Shown: positions 62,671-64,000 of the stretch, piece by piece
How the letters are laid out: the number at the start of each line of letters is the position of its first letter
Position numbering within the stretch: position 1 is the stretch's first letter
Assembly: GCA_030141605.1 (NCBI GenBank)
Contig: JAQGDQ010000490.1
Span: 95,013-159,012 of the forward strand
DNA from: Tubiluchus corallicola
Taxonomy: Eukaryota > Animalia > Priapulida
Direction of reading: 5' to 3'
Length of the DNA stretch: 64,000 bases
The notes under the pieces: generated by a model
What the model saw: only the letters and a program-made list of their open reading frames with translations
What the model was told of the DNA's origin: nothing
Databases searched by the model: none
Program-made: the position numbers and the translations under genes

Positions 62671-63852
62671 CTAGCTCCGCAAAGCTTCCAATCTCGCCTT
62701 CATTTCCTCCACTTCTTCTTCGTCGTCTACATCAGCTGCTGCGGCTTCCGGCTCCACGGACGGCAACGTATCGGTAACCTTCGCCGGCGCCTTACCCATA
62801 ACACCTGCGCAAAAAGGAAATTGAAAGATTTAGCGGATTAAAATGTGACGTTAAACCTGTTATCCTAAAGTCTTAACTAGAGGCTTATTTTGTCAATTCA
62901 TTTCTAACGAATTTATTTCTTCATTTCATTTCAATGGCATTTAGTTGTTACCATAATGCGATCAATAACCTTGCGTACAGAATGGACATTTTATGTTTTA
63001 ACGAGTAGAAGATAGTTAAGCCTTAAACTATTGAAAGCACCTGAAAAATCAGTGCTGATTCTGCTGTCGTTTTACCAAAACCAGGGCAGGCTCAAGGTAG
63101 TTTGATACCCTAGACAAAACTATTTTAGCGTCCCCTCTTTAATGGTCAACCCCTTCCCTACAGACCCAATGCACCCTCGTACAAAGTTGAATTTTTGTTG
63201 CATATATTAAAGTATAGTGTAGCGTCCCCCTCTTTAACGGTCAACCCCTTCCCTACAGACCCAATGCACCCTTGTAGAAAGTTGAATTTTTGTTGCATAT
63301 ATTAAAGTATGGTGTAGCGTTCCCCTCTTTAACGGTCAACGCCTTCCCTACAGACCCAATGCATCCTCGTACAAGGTTGAATTTTTGTTGCATATATTAA
63401 AGTATAGCGTAGCGTCCAAATCTTTAACGGTCAACCCCTTCCCTACAGACCCAATGCACCCTCATACATACTTGAATTTTTGTTGCATATATTAAAGTAT
63501 AGTGTAGCGTCCCCCTCTTTAACGGTCAACCCCTTCCCTACAGACCCAATGCACCCTCATACAAAGTTGAATTCTTGTTGCATATATTAAAGTATAGTGT
63601 AGCGTCCCCCCCCCTTTAACGGTCAACCCCTTCCCTACAGACCCAATGCACCCTCATACAAAGTTGAATGTTTGTTGCATATATTAAAGTATAGCGTAGC
63701 GTCCCCTTCTTTAACGGTCAACAGATCGAATTCTCACCTGCCGTAACTTCAAACAAGATTTTTTCCACCTCTGCATCAGCCTCCTCTTCTAATTCGTCTT
63801 GATCTTCGAAGCCCTCCATCGCATCTTCTACCATTTCTTCCATAATGCCAGC
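62671..63852 (-). CDS. CHMP3: CHMP3/Vps24 (ESCRT-III), last two exons, complement join(63738..63852,62671..62804); 5' part outside the window
   Basis: AGIMEEMVEDAMEGFEDQDELEEEADAEVEKILFEVTAG|VMGKAPAKVTDTLP...EEMKARLEALRS*, matching the CHMP3 C-terminus with its MIM1 motif; phase-1 GT-AG intron. Confidence 0.93.
63126..63722. repeat. About 95-bp minisatellite, about 6 copies, in the last CHMP3 intron
   Basis: TAGCGTCCCCTCTTTAACGGTCAACCCCTTCCCTACAGACCCAATGCACCC repeated. Confidence 0.95.
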
Positions 63853-64000
63853 CTACAAAAGAAAATGCAGTCTGCTAATTAATACAGGCTCTGCATGCAA
63901 TTAAGCAGTATGTGAGATAACTATATTTTCATTATCGCCAAAGAAACAAAAAACAAAACCTTTTGGCCACAGTGACCACTGATAAAGAGTCCTAGGGAAG

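Overview
AT-rich, microsatellite- and MITE-dense invertebrate animal DNA (spliceosomal introns; no prokaryotic features). Four spliced genes were reconstructed by hand from GT-AG boundaries and reading-frame phase: (1) an Emx/empty-spiracles homeobox gene (+, 3 exons, 49..14100); (2) a complete 12-exon sideroflexin-5 gene (-, 55909..20439), tail-to-tail with Emx as EMX1/SFXN5 are in human; (3) a 3-exon CYREN/MRI-like Ku-binding microprotein gene (+, 56196..57922), head-to-head with SFXN5; (4) the last two exons of CHMP3/Vps24 (-). An intronless BTB-BACK gene is nested antisense in SFXN5 intron 7, and its frame continues 61 codons past a single in-frame TGA. The most unusual structure is at Emx exon 2: the exon/intron junction itself is amplified into about 76 tandem 23-bp copies, each with a 5' splice site, with an in-frame stop right after the first donor. 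The exon and array together sit between about 0.9-kb inverted repeats. Also present: Penelope-like remnants with hammerhead-like cores, hAT/Kolobok/piggyBac/Harbinger/Tc2-type MITEs, LINE fragments and many minisatellites. Most short ORFs in the supplied track are microsatellite artefacts. All family assignments are from recognition of motifs by eye; no searches were run.
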